Below are positions 35,188 through 43,125 of a stretch of 64,000 bases of DNA, piece after piece. The stretch's first letter is position 1. Each line of letters opens with the position of its first letter. Origin of the DNA: Dehalococcoidia bacterium (GTDB lineage: Bacteria > Chloroflexota > Dehalococcoidia > Lucifugimonadales > UBA1123). Below the pieces are notes generated by a model, which saw only the letters and a program-made list of their open reading frames with translations, made no database searches and was not told the origin of the DNA. Location of the stretch: contig CBDESW010000004.1 in assembly GCA_965242675.1 (NCBI GenBank), positions 301,862-365,861 on the forward strand, read 5' to 3'. Position numbers and translations under genes: made by a program.

Positions 35188-37455
35188 ATGACAACCGCGA
35201 CTCGCGAGTACAAAGTAGTTGGAACCCGCCCCGTTCGGCACGACGGGGCGGACAAAGTGACCGGACGCGCCGTTTACGGGGCGGACTTGAATCTGCCGGG
35301 GATGCTCTTCGGCAAGGTCTTGCGCTCCCCATACGCGCATGCCCGAATCAAGAAGCTGGACATGTCGGCGGCGGCGGCGCACCCCGACTGCCGCGCCGTC
35401 GTGACGGCGGCGGACTTCGCCCCGTCCGACCCCGTCGGCCCCGTCGCAGTTCTGGGGCAGATGCCCGCCGACAACGTTCTGGCGCGCGACAAGGCTATGT
35501 ATCGGGGACACGCCATAGCCGCCGTCGCCGCCTCCAACCCCCACGCGGCGGAGGAGCTGCTGGCGCTCATCGACGTCGAGTACGAAGAGCTGCCCGCCTA
35601 CACCAACGTCGAGGACGCCATGGCGGAGGACGCCGCGTCCATACACGACTCTTGGGCGAACAACCCCGACCTGCCCGGCGGCGTCAACGTCGCGGCGCAA
35701 GACCTTTACAAGTTCGGCGACCCCGAAGCCGGATTCGCCCAAGCCGACCGCGTCTTCGAGCGCGAATACCGAACCAAGACCGTCCATCAGGGCTACATCG
35801 AGCCGCAGAACGCCACCGCCTGGTGGTCGCCGGACGGACGGCTTACGGTATGGTGCTCCAGCCAGGGGCATTTCGGCGTCCGCGACAACACGGCGCGGAT
35901 TCTCGGCTTGCCGGTCTCGCAGGTGAAAGTCGTCCCCCTTGAGATAGGCGGCGGGTTCGGCGGCAAGATACCGCCCTATCTGGAGCCGGTGGCGGCGTTG
36001 CTGTCGAAGAAGAGCGGGCATCCCGTCAAGATGGTCATGGACCGCGCCGAGGTTCTGCAGGCGACGGGCCCTACTTCCGGCAGCCTCGTGAAACTGAAAG
36101 TGGGCGTCACCAACGAAGGGCGCATCACCGCCGCCCACTGCTGGATGGCGCTGGAAGCCGGCGCCTTCCCCGGCGCTCCCCTGGCGGGCGCGGCGTCCGC
36201 CGTGTTCTCGCCGTATCTCATCGAAAACGTCCAGATAGACGGCTACGACGTGGTCTCCAACAAGCCTCGCACGCAGGCGTACCGCGCCCCCGGCGCCCCC
36301 ATCGTAATGTACTGCGCCGAGACGCTCATGGACGAGATAGCCGAGTCGCTGGGCATGGATTCGGTGGAGTTCCGCCTGCTGAATGTCGCGCGCCAAGGCG
36401 ACCGGCGCGCGGACGGCGTGATGAACGGGCGCATCGGCGCGGAAGAGACCATGCGCGCGGTGGGCGAGCATCCCCACATGTCCGACCCGCTGGATAAGGC
36501 GAACGGCGAAAACGGCAAGCTGCGGGGGCGCGGCTGGAGCATGGGATTCTGCCGCAACAACACCGGGCCCGCCTGCGTCATCGCCAACGTTCTCGACAAC
36601 GGCAGAGTCAGCCTAGTGGAAGGCTCCGTCGACATCGGCGGCTCGCGGACGGCGATAGCCCAGCAGTTCGCGGAAGTTCTGGGAATCCCCGTCGAGGACG
36701 TCAACCCCAGCATCGGCGACACTGACTCCATCGGCTACACTTCCGTCACCGGCGGCTCCGGCGTGGCGTTCAAGTCCGGCTGGGCGGCGCACGAGGCGGC
36801 GATGGACATCCGCCAGCAGCTCATCGTCCGCGCTTCCCTGCTGTGGGACGCCGACCCGGACGACATCGAGTACGCGGACGGCGGGTTGCGCCACAAGTCC
36901 GACACCGAGTTGCGAATCAGCTTCCGCGACATAGCCGGGCGGCTTCAGGAAACGGGCGGGCCCGTGGTCGGGCGCGCGAACATGAACCCCGGCGGCTCCG
37001 GCGGCTCCTACGCCGCGAACATCGTGGACGTGGAAGTGGACGCGGACACCGGCAAGGTGGACATTCTGCGCTACACCGCCATCCAAGACGCCGGCTTCGC
37101 CATCCACCCGTCCTATGTCGAGGGGCAGATACAGGGCGGCGCGGCGCAGGGCATCGGCTGGGCGCTCAACGAAGAGTACTACATGGGCGAGGACGGCGCG
37201 ATGATGAACACGTCGCTGCTCGACTACCGCATGCCGACCAGCCTAGACCTGCCGATGATAGACGCGGTGATAGTGGAAGTGGAGAATCCGGGGCACCCGT
37301 TCGGCGTGCGCGGCGTGGGCGAGGCGAACATCGCCCCCCCGCTGGCGGCAATCGCCAACGCCATACACGACGCCACCGGCGTCCGCATGCGAAGCCTGCC
37401 CATGAACCCGCAATCGGTCGCGGCGGCGGTAAGCGCGGGCAAAAACGGCGGATAG
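35188..37455 (+). CDS. Xanthine dehydrogenase / aldehyde oxidase family molybdopterin-binding (large) subunit
   Basis: ATG at 35188 after GGAGG. N-terminus KVVGTRPVRHDGADKVTGRAVYGADLNLPGMLFGKVLRSPYAHARI. Also GGGFGGK, AYRAPG and a C-terminal GVGE motif (FGVRGVGEANIAP). Confidence 0.85.
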   Translation: MTTATREYKVVGTRPVRHDGADKVTGRAVYGADLNLPGMLFGKVLRSPYAHARIKKLDMSAAAAHPDCRAVVTAADFAPSDPVGPVAVLGQMPADNVLARDKAMYRGHAIAAVAASNPHAAEELLALIDVEYEELPAYTNVEDAMAEDAASIHDSWANNPDLPGGVNVAAQDLYKFGDPEAGFAQADRVFEREYRTKTVHQGYIEPQNATAWWSPDGRLTVWCSSQGHFGVRDNTARILGLPVSQVKVVPLEIGGGFGGKIPPYLEPVAALLSKKSGHPVKMVMDRAEVLQATGPTSGSLVKLKVGVTNEGRITAAHCWMALEAGAFPGAPLAGAASAVFSPYLIENVQIDGYDVVSNKPRTQAYRAPGAPIVMYCAETLMDEIAESLGMDSVEFRLLNVARQGDRRADGVMNGRIGAEETMRAVGEHPHMSDPLDKANGENGKLRGRGWSMGFCRNNTGPACVIANVLDNGRVSLVEGSVDIGGSRTAIAQQFAEVLGIPVEDVNPSIGDTDSIGYTSVTGGSGVAFKSGWAAHEAAMDIRQQLIVRASLLWDADPDDIEYADGGLRHKSDTELRISFRDIAGRLQETGGPVVGRANMNPGGSGGSYAANIVDVEVDADTGKVDILRYTAIQDAGFAIHPSYVEGQIQGGAAQGIGWALNEEYYMGEDGAMMNTSLLDYRMPTSLDLPMIDAVIVEVENPGHPFGVRGVGEANIAPPLAAIANAIHDATGVRMRSLPMNPQSVAAAVSAGKNGG

Positions 37456-37601
37456 AGCGAAACGACCAACGCGAAAACAGGCGCGGCGCAAGCGGACTCC
37501 ACGCCCCGAACACGGGGAAGCGTCCGCGAGCGCCGCGCCTTGGAATGTGGAATCCGCCGCGAAGAAATTTGCGAAGGGCGCGGGACGCCATCATCCCCAT
37601 C

Positions 37602-37832
37602 CTAGGCAGTGTTGACATAAGGATAGTTTGGAAGATTCTCGCGCCAAAATCTCCAATTCCCTCCCTTGCAAAGGTATGTTCATGGAAAACAAGCCCGAAT
37701 CGCGAGCGATGAATCCCCTCTCCCTTGATGGGAGAGGGCTAGGGTGAGGGTGTCTGCGCCGCTAGGCGCAGTCCCGCGTGGGTTTGCCCGCCGCCCTCGC
37801 TCACTCTTCTCTCTAATGTCAACACAGCCTAG
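37602..37832. repeat. 231-bp segment bounded by 18-19-bp inverted repeats
   Basis: CTAGGCAGTGTTGACATA (37602-37619) versus TAATGTCAACACAGCCTAG (37814-37832). It encloses a copy of the two-hairpin repeat (37711-37781). Single copy in this window. Confidence 0.5.
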
Positions 37833-37851
37833 CCTTGCAGGGGCGTGTTTA

Positions 37852-37973
37852 TTGCCAGAATCAGGATTTGCGGGATTATACGATTCTCAGAATTCTCCCG
37901 GCGCGCGTTTTCGACTGGCAAGCGCAAGTTTGGCGAACGAAATCCCGCCCGCCCCGCAATCCTGATTCCAACA
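37852..37973. mobile_element. MITE-like element, copy 3 (degenerate)
   Basis: TTGCCAGAATCAGGATT (37852-) and AATCCTGATTCCAACAC (-37973). Shorter than copies 1 and 2, with mismatched termini. Confidence 0.55.
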
Positions 37974-38243
37974 CAGGCGCGCGTCCGCTGAAACTGCGAA
38001 AAGCGAAACGCGCCCCCTGCAATCCCATCATGGGAGAAGGGGTTTGTTGACTGCGATTCGCTCTTGGCGTCGGTTAGACGCCGCCGGCGAGGGGGCTTTC
38101 GCAAATCGCTTCTCTGAAAATCGCGGTTGACAACGCCCGCGATATATGATTGACTCTTCCTGAAATTCCCGTCCGCCGCGGAAACCGATACCGAAACGGC
38201 GCGGCGGCGCGATAATCAACTCAGCGAAAGGATTGGATTTTCC

Positions 38244-40169
38244 ATGTCGAAAGTTGCGAATTGGACAGCGGTTTCAGTCTTGGCGGCGCTTCTGCTGGCG
38301 CTGGCGGCGGCTTGCCAGAGTAGCGAGCCGGCGGCTCCGGCGGGCGCGTCGGCGGCGGACGTGACAGCCGCAATCGAGCAGGCGATGGCGTCCCAGCAGC
38401 AGGGGGCGTCCGCCGACGAAGTGGCGGCGGCGGTGCAGGCGGCTATGGCTGAACAGCCCGGCGTCACGGAGGAGGACATTCAGGCGGCGGTCGAGGCGGC
38501 AGTCGAGGAAGCGGTCGAAGCCGCCGTCGCGCGGGCCGTCCCAGCCGCCCCCGCCCCGATGATGGGCGGCGACATGGACAGATACGGCGGCACCCTGCTC
38601 TACGGCATGGGCCCCAACGTCGAGCATCTCTTCCATCTCACCTACAGCGGCGGCGCCTGCGCGGCGTGGTGCATGACCGTCGGCGACCCGCTCACCGCAT
38701 ACGGGCCCGACTCCGAGCATGTGCCGGAGAAATCCATCGCCGAATCGTTCACCATGAGCGACGACAGCAAGACGATAACCTTCAGCCTCAAGTCCGGCGT
38801 GAAGTTCCACGACGGCACGGACGTGACGGCGGACGCCGTGAAGTTCAGCCTCGAGTTCGTGCTGGACAAGAACAACGGCGCGGTGACGCGCCCCGCCATC
38901 GAAGCGATTAGCCAAGTGGACGCGGTGGACAACCTCACCGTCGCCATAACCACCTCCGAAGTGTTCGCGCCCATCATCACCAACTTGGGGATGACCGCCG
39001 GCATGCCGGTGTCGCCGACCGCCTTCGAAGAGCGCGGCAAGGACGGCCTGGAAGCGGACGGAACGGTCTCGACCGGCCCGTTCATGATCGAGGAATGGGT
39101 GTCCGGCAGCCACATAGACTACGTGAAGTTCGAGGATTACCACCGCGACGGCATGCCGTATCTGGACGGCTGGCGCTGGGTGGTGATACCGGACGACCAG
39201 GTCCGCGCCGCCGCGCTTCAGGCGGACAACATACACGCCGCCGGCATCGCCCACTCGGCGCTGGACGCCATAGCCGCGTCCCGCGACGTGATGGGGATAC
39301 AGGAATTCAAAGGCTTCGCCGGCCCCCGCATGGACCACTTCAACGCCGCCCGCGCGCCGTTCGACGACATCCGCGTCCGCCAAGCGGCGCAGATGGCGAT
39401 GGACCGCCACGCCTGGAATCAGGCGATGACCGGCGGGGAAGGCTTCGTCTATCGCGGCTCGCTCGTCCCGCCCAACCACGCCGCCAGCTTCCAGGTGCCG
39501 GAGGACGAATACCCATACGCCTACAACCCGGAGCGCGCCCGCGAGCTGCTGGAAGAGTACGCGAGCGACATGGGAATCTCCCTTCCGATAAGCGAAATGG
39601 CGGCGTTCACCTGTTCGGCGGAGCAGAAAGAGCAGGGCTGCATAGACCTGCCGGCGCGCCCGATAACCATTACGACCTCGTCCAGCGCCAACAACATACG
39701 CCGCGCCGAAATCTCCAAGGCGTACTACGACGCGGTCGGCTTCGAGGTCGAAATGGACATCGGCTCCGGGGACGAAGCCAAGCGGACGTTCGTGACCAAA
39801 GAGGCGAGCTTCTCGCTGAGGGGCTTCGGACTGCGCCCGCATCCGTCGGGGACGTTCAACTCCTATCTCGGCATGGGCGGCTACTGGAACAACGGCGGCT
39901 GGGGAACCAGCGAAGCGCAGATCGAAATCGACCGCCTAGTGCGAAAGGCGGCGCAGACGTTCGACCCCGCCGATCAGAACTACCTCTACCAGCAGGCGCA
40001 GCGCCTCTACATGGAGAACGCGCTGGGCGGAGTCCGCACCTCCGCCAACCCGTCCTACCACTTCATGCAGTCGTCGGTGAGATGGGCGGAATACCCCGAC
40101 CCCAAGTGGGTCAAGTACCCGTCCGACGCCTCGCTGAAGATTCACGACGTGTGGCTGGAGGATAACTAG
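38244..40169 (+). CDS. ABC transporter substrate-binding lipoprotein, family 5 (peptide/nickel type), locus 1
   Basis: Lipobox LAAAC with an Ala-rich linker. Family-5 SBP length and layout, with motifs such as ITFSLKSGVKFHDGTDVTADAVKFSLE and PFMIEEWVSGSHIDYVKFEDY. Confidence 0.85.
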   Translation: MSKVANWTAVSVLAALLLALAAACQSSEPAAPAGASAADVTAAIEQAMASQQQGASADEVAAAVQAAMAEQPGVTEEDIQAAVEAAVEEAVEAAVARAVPAAPAPMMGGDMDRYGGTLLYGMGPNVEHLFHLTYSGGACAAWCMTVGDPLTAYGPDSEHVPEKSIAESFTMSDDSKTITFSLKSGVKFHDGTDVTADAVKFSLEFVLDKNNGAVTRPAIEAISQVDAVDNLTVAITTSEVFAPIITNLGMTAGMPVSPTAFEERGKDGLEADGTVSTGPFMIEEWVSGSHIDYVKFEDYHRDGMPYLDGWRWVVIPDDQVRAAALQADNIHAAGIAHSALDAIAASRDVMGIQEFKGFAGPRMDHFNAARAPFDDIRVRQAAQMAMDRHAWNQAMTGGEGFVYRGSLVPPNHAASFQVPEDEYPYAYNPERARELLEEYASDMGISLPISEMAAFTCSAEQKEQGCIDLPARPITITTSSSANNIRRAEISKAYYDAVGFEVEMDIGSGDEAKRTFVTKEASFSLRGFGLRPHPSGTFNSYLGMGGYWNNGGWGTSEAQIEIDRLVRKAAQTFDPADQNYLYQQAQRLYMENALGGVRTSANPSYHFMQSSVRWAEYPDPKWVKYPSDASLKIHDVWLEDN

Positions 40170-40289
40170 GGGGCTAACCATTGGCGGCGGTTCGCGCTTC
40201 CCCGGTTCGCCGGGGGCGGTCCGCCGCCTTGCCGCCTCGCGCCGGCATGCCGACGCTAGCCAAGCGCGGATTGGACGTTCCGCGTGCCG

Positions 40290-40892
40290 CCCCCGTCATT
40301 CCCGCGAAAGCGGGAATCCAGAGTCCACCAACAACGTCATCCTCGCGAAAGCGGGGACAAGATAGCCATCCGAAATCAACCTTGAATCGCAATCAACAAA
40401 TCCCTTCGCCCTTGATGGGCTTGCAGGGGTATGTTTGGCGGATTTAGGCGCGAATTGGGCGCTTTTCGCCGCTTTCGCGCCCCCTCCGCCCGTCATTCCC
40501 GCGAAGGCGGGAATCCAGAAAGACCAACCAAGACCGCCACTTGAAATCAGGCTTGAACTGAAGCCGACGTATCCCTTCTCCCTTGATGGGAGAAGGTTAG
40601 GATGAGGGTGTGTCCGCGCCGCTAGGCGCAGGTTCGCCGCCGCCCGCATTTGTCAGAATCAGGATTTTCGGGATTAAAGGATTTTCAGGATTCCCCAACG
40701 CGCGTTTTCTCAGGGAAAGCGCTTGTCGGGCGAATCGAAATCCTGCAAATCCCCAAATCCTGAAAATCCTGATTCTGACAAACCGCGCTCAACCGATAAC
40801 CAACAACCGCAAACCAGCCGCGCGGCGCTTTTCGATTCATCGTTGGCGTCCGCGACCTTCTGGATTCCCGCTTTCGCGGGAATGACGGGGGG
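40290..40892. repeat. About 600-bp patchwork of all three repeat families between the SBP and permease genes
   Basis: Hairpin copies at 40290-40321, 40488-40518 and 40860-40892 (reverse), plus a variant at about 40334-40362. AATCCCTTCGCCCTTGATGGGCTTGCAGGGGTATGTTT at 40399-40436. Two-hairpin unit at 40571-40630. MITE-like copy 4 at 40649-40781. Confidence 0.85.
40649..40781. mobile_element. MITE-like element, copy 4
   Basis: TTGTCAGAATCAGGATTTTCGGG (40649-) and CCTGAAAATCCTGATTCTGACAA (-40781), giving TIRs of at least 22 bp with 1 mismatch. Confidence 0.75.
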
Positions 40893-40939
40893 ATAAAAAG
40901 CAACCAATAACTAGCCACTGGACACCACCCCCAAACGCC

Positions 40940-41893
40940 ATGAAACGCTACATTGCCGCCCGAATCTTCCAAATGATTCCGGTGCTCTTCATCATCAGCG
41001 TGATGATTTTCCTGCTGATGCGCGTGCTGCCCAACGACCCCATCTACGCGATGCAGGGCGAGGACGGCGAGGCGCTCACGCCCGAAGTGCGCGAGGCGAT
41101 CATGCGCGATTTGGGGCTTGACCGTCCGCTGCCCATCCAGTATCTGCGCTGGCTGGGCGGGATGCTCACGGGCGACTGGGGGCAGTCGTTCCAAAACAAG
41201 CGTCCGGTGACGTCCGAGCTCGGCGCGCGGTTGCCGCACACCCTTCAGCTGGCGGCGGCGGGCTTCATCGTCTCGCTGGCGCTCGGCGTGGCGGCGGGCG
41301 TCGTAGCCGCGCTGAAGCGCAACTCCATCACCGACATGTTCGCCACAACCGGCGCGATGTTCGGCATCGCCATGCCGGATTTCTGGTTCGCCCTGATGCT
41401 CATTCTGCTGTTCGGGGTGACGCTCGGCATCCTGCCGGTGTTCGGATCGGAATTGGTTTGGCAGAACCCGGCGGAGGGGCTGAGGCACATGGCGCTGCCC
41501 GCGCTGGCGCTGGGGCTGAACGGCGCGGCGACCATCATGCGGCAGACGCGGTCGTCGCTGCTGGAAGTGATGGGCGAGGACTACATAAGAACCGCCCGCG
41601 CCAAAGGCTTGTTCGAGCGCCGCGTCATCTGGCTGCACGCGCTCCGCAACTCGCTCTTGCCGGTGGTGACGATTCTCGGAATCCGGCTAGGCAACATACT
41701 CGGCGGCTCTGTGATAATCGAGACCATGTTCAGCTGGCCCGGCGTCGGTCGCCTGGCGGTGTTCGCCCTGCAGCGCTCCGACTATCCGGTAATCCAGGCA
41801 ATCGTGATGATGTCCGCAATCGCCATTCTGGTGGCGAACCTGCTGACCGACATAGCATACGCCTATCTCGACCCCAGGATAAGGTACGACTGA
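40940..41893 (+). CDS. ABC peptide/nickel transporter permease (DppB/OppB-like), locus 1
   Basis: 317 aa. N-terminus MKRYIAARIFQMIPVLFIISVMIFLLMRVLPNDP and the EAA-region sequence YIRTARAKGL. Confidence 0.9.
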   Translation: MKRYIAARIFQMIPVLFIISVMIFLLMRVLPNDPIYAMQGEDGEALTPEVREAIMRDLGLDRPLPIQYLRWLGGMLTGDWGQSFQNKRPVTSELGARLPHTLQLAAAGFIVSLALGVAAGVVAALKRNSITDMFATTGAMFGIAMPDFWFALMLILLFGVTLGILPVFGSELVWQNPAEGLRHMALPALALGLNGAATIMRQTRSSLLEVMGEDYIRTARAKGLFERRVIWLHALRNSLLPVVTILGIRLGNILGGSVIIETMFSWPGVGRLAVFALQRSDYPVIQAIVMMSAIAILVANLLTDIAYAYLDPRIRYD

Positions 41894-42798
41894 TGAACCA
41901 AACGGAAACCGCGGCGGACGAACGGCGGCGCGGCGCGTTGCGGCGCGCGGCGGGCTTCTTCGCGTCCGACGGCGTCCGCCAGCTGCTCAAGCACCGGCTG
42001 TCGGTCATCGGCATGACCTATATCGGAATCATCCTCATCGTGGGCGTCTTCGCGCCTTGGATAGCCCCCGCCGACCCGCTGGCGATAGACCCGATAAACT
42101 CCCTCCAGCCGCCCTCGCTGGAGCATCCGCTGGGGCTAGACCACGTGGGGCGCGACCAGCTGTCGCGCCTGATATACGGCGCGCGGGTGTCGCTCATCGT
42201 CGGCTTGCTGTCGGTCGGAGTCGCCATCCTCATCGGCGCGCCGCTGGGAATCGTGGCGGCTTACGCCGGCGGATGGGTCGACCACGCCATCATGCGGATG
42301 ATAGACGCCATGATAGCCATTCCGGGGCTGCTGTTCGCCATGCTGCTGCTGCTGGTTCTGGGCGGCAGCGTGTTCACTGTGAGCCTGGCGCTGGGGATAA
42401 ACCTGTTCACGACCCAAGCGCGGCTAGTCCGCAGCCAGGCGCTTTCGGTGAAAGAGCGCGAGTACTTCATGGCGGCGCGGATGATAGGCGCGCCCCCGTG
42501 GCGGATGCTGCTGTTCCACATGACGCCCAACTCCATCCAGCCGGTGATAGTGCAGGCGACTCTCGGCATGGGCTTCGCCATACTCGGCGAGGCGGGGCTG
42601 AGCTTCATCGGCGTGGGCGTGGAGCCGCCGACGGCGACTTGGGGAAGCATGCTCAACCTGGCGTTCGTGAACCTGCGAAGCGCCCCCTGGCTATCGTTCG
42701 CGCCGGGAATCGCCATATTCCTGCTGGTGCTGTCGTTCAACTTCGTGGGCGACGGCCTGCGGGACGTCCTAGACCCCAGACTGCGCGGGCGGTTTTAG
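41893..42798 (+). CDS. ABC peptide/nickel transporter permease (DppC/OppC-like), locus 1
   Basis: ATG at 41893 shares its A with the upstream TGA. Motifs PLGLDHVGRDQLSRLIYGARVSL and YFMAARMIGA. The longer ORF-track N-terminus overlaps the previous gene and is rejected. Confidence 0.9.
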   Translation: MNQTETAADERRRGALRRAAGFFASDGVRQLLKHRLSVIGMTYIGIILIVGVFAPWIAPADPLAIDPINSLQPPSLEHPLGLDHVGRDQLSRLIYGARVSLIVGLLSVGVAILIGAPLGIVAAYAGGWVDHAIMRMIDAMIAIPGLLFAMLLLLVLGGSVFTVSLALGINLFTTQARLVRSQALSVKEREYFMAARMIGAPPWRMLLFHMTPNSIQPVIVQATLGMGFAILGEAGLSFIGVGVEPPTATWGSMLNLAFVNLRSAPWLSFAPGIAIFLLVLSFNFVGDGLRDVLDPRLRGRF

Positions 42799-42823
42799 GG
42801 AGGATTTCGGTTTTGTTCTACTC

Positions 42824-42971
42824 CGTTATTTCCGCGAAGGCGGGAATCCAGAGAAGACAACCAACCCAACGACCGGAAATCAAGCGCGAATAACAACCAA
42901 CAAATCCCCTCTCCCTTGATGGGAGAGGGCTAGGGTGAGGGTGCCTGCGCCGTAAGGCGCAGTCCCGCGCG
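42824..42971 (+). repeat. Hairpin variant plus two-hairpin repeat copy
   Basis: CCGTTATTTCCGCGAAGGCGGGAATCCAG at 42824-42851. AATCCCCTCTCCCTTGATGGGAGAGGGCTAGGGTGAGGGTGCCTGCGCCGTAAGGCGCAGTCCCGCGCG at 42903-42971. Confidence 0.85.
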
Positions 42972-43014
42972 ACAAAGGCGAACGGACGAATTTCCCCAAA
43001 TTCGCCCCAAACGC

Positions 43015-43057
43015 TTGACAAACCGCGATTTCAGGAATAGTATTGCCGAAATCGCGG
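43015..43057 (+). promoter_or_regulatory. Sigma70-type promoter with an overlapping 10-bp inverted repeat (candidate operator) for SBP locus 2
   Basis: TTGACA (43015-43020), a 17-nt spacer, then TAGTAT (43038-43043). CCGCGATTTC (43023-43032) and GAAATCGCGG (43048-43057) bracket the -10 box. Confidence 0.55.
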
Positions 43058-43125
43058 AGAGCGCGGGCATTTCAGACGATGCGCGCGCGACGCGAGACGT
43101 TCGACTGACTAAAGGAGGTTGGCTG

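Noticed and set aside
38127-38155. TTGACA hexamer upstream of SBP 1 as a promoter
   Set aside because: No acceptable -10 lies at 16-18 nt. The hexamer at 17 nt is TTGACT, and TATGAT lies only 12 nt away. It is kept only as context for the inverted-repeat observation.
41458-41892. Long N-terminal extensions in the ORF track for several genes (41458 for DppC-like, 48143 for DppF-like, 43015 for SBP 2, 35104 for XDH, 5722 for ferritin, 62526 for radA)
   Set aside because: The extensions overlap the preceding gene or lack homology. Internal ATGs with an SD or ATGA/TGATG coupling reproduce the normal family N-termini.
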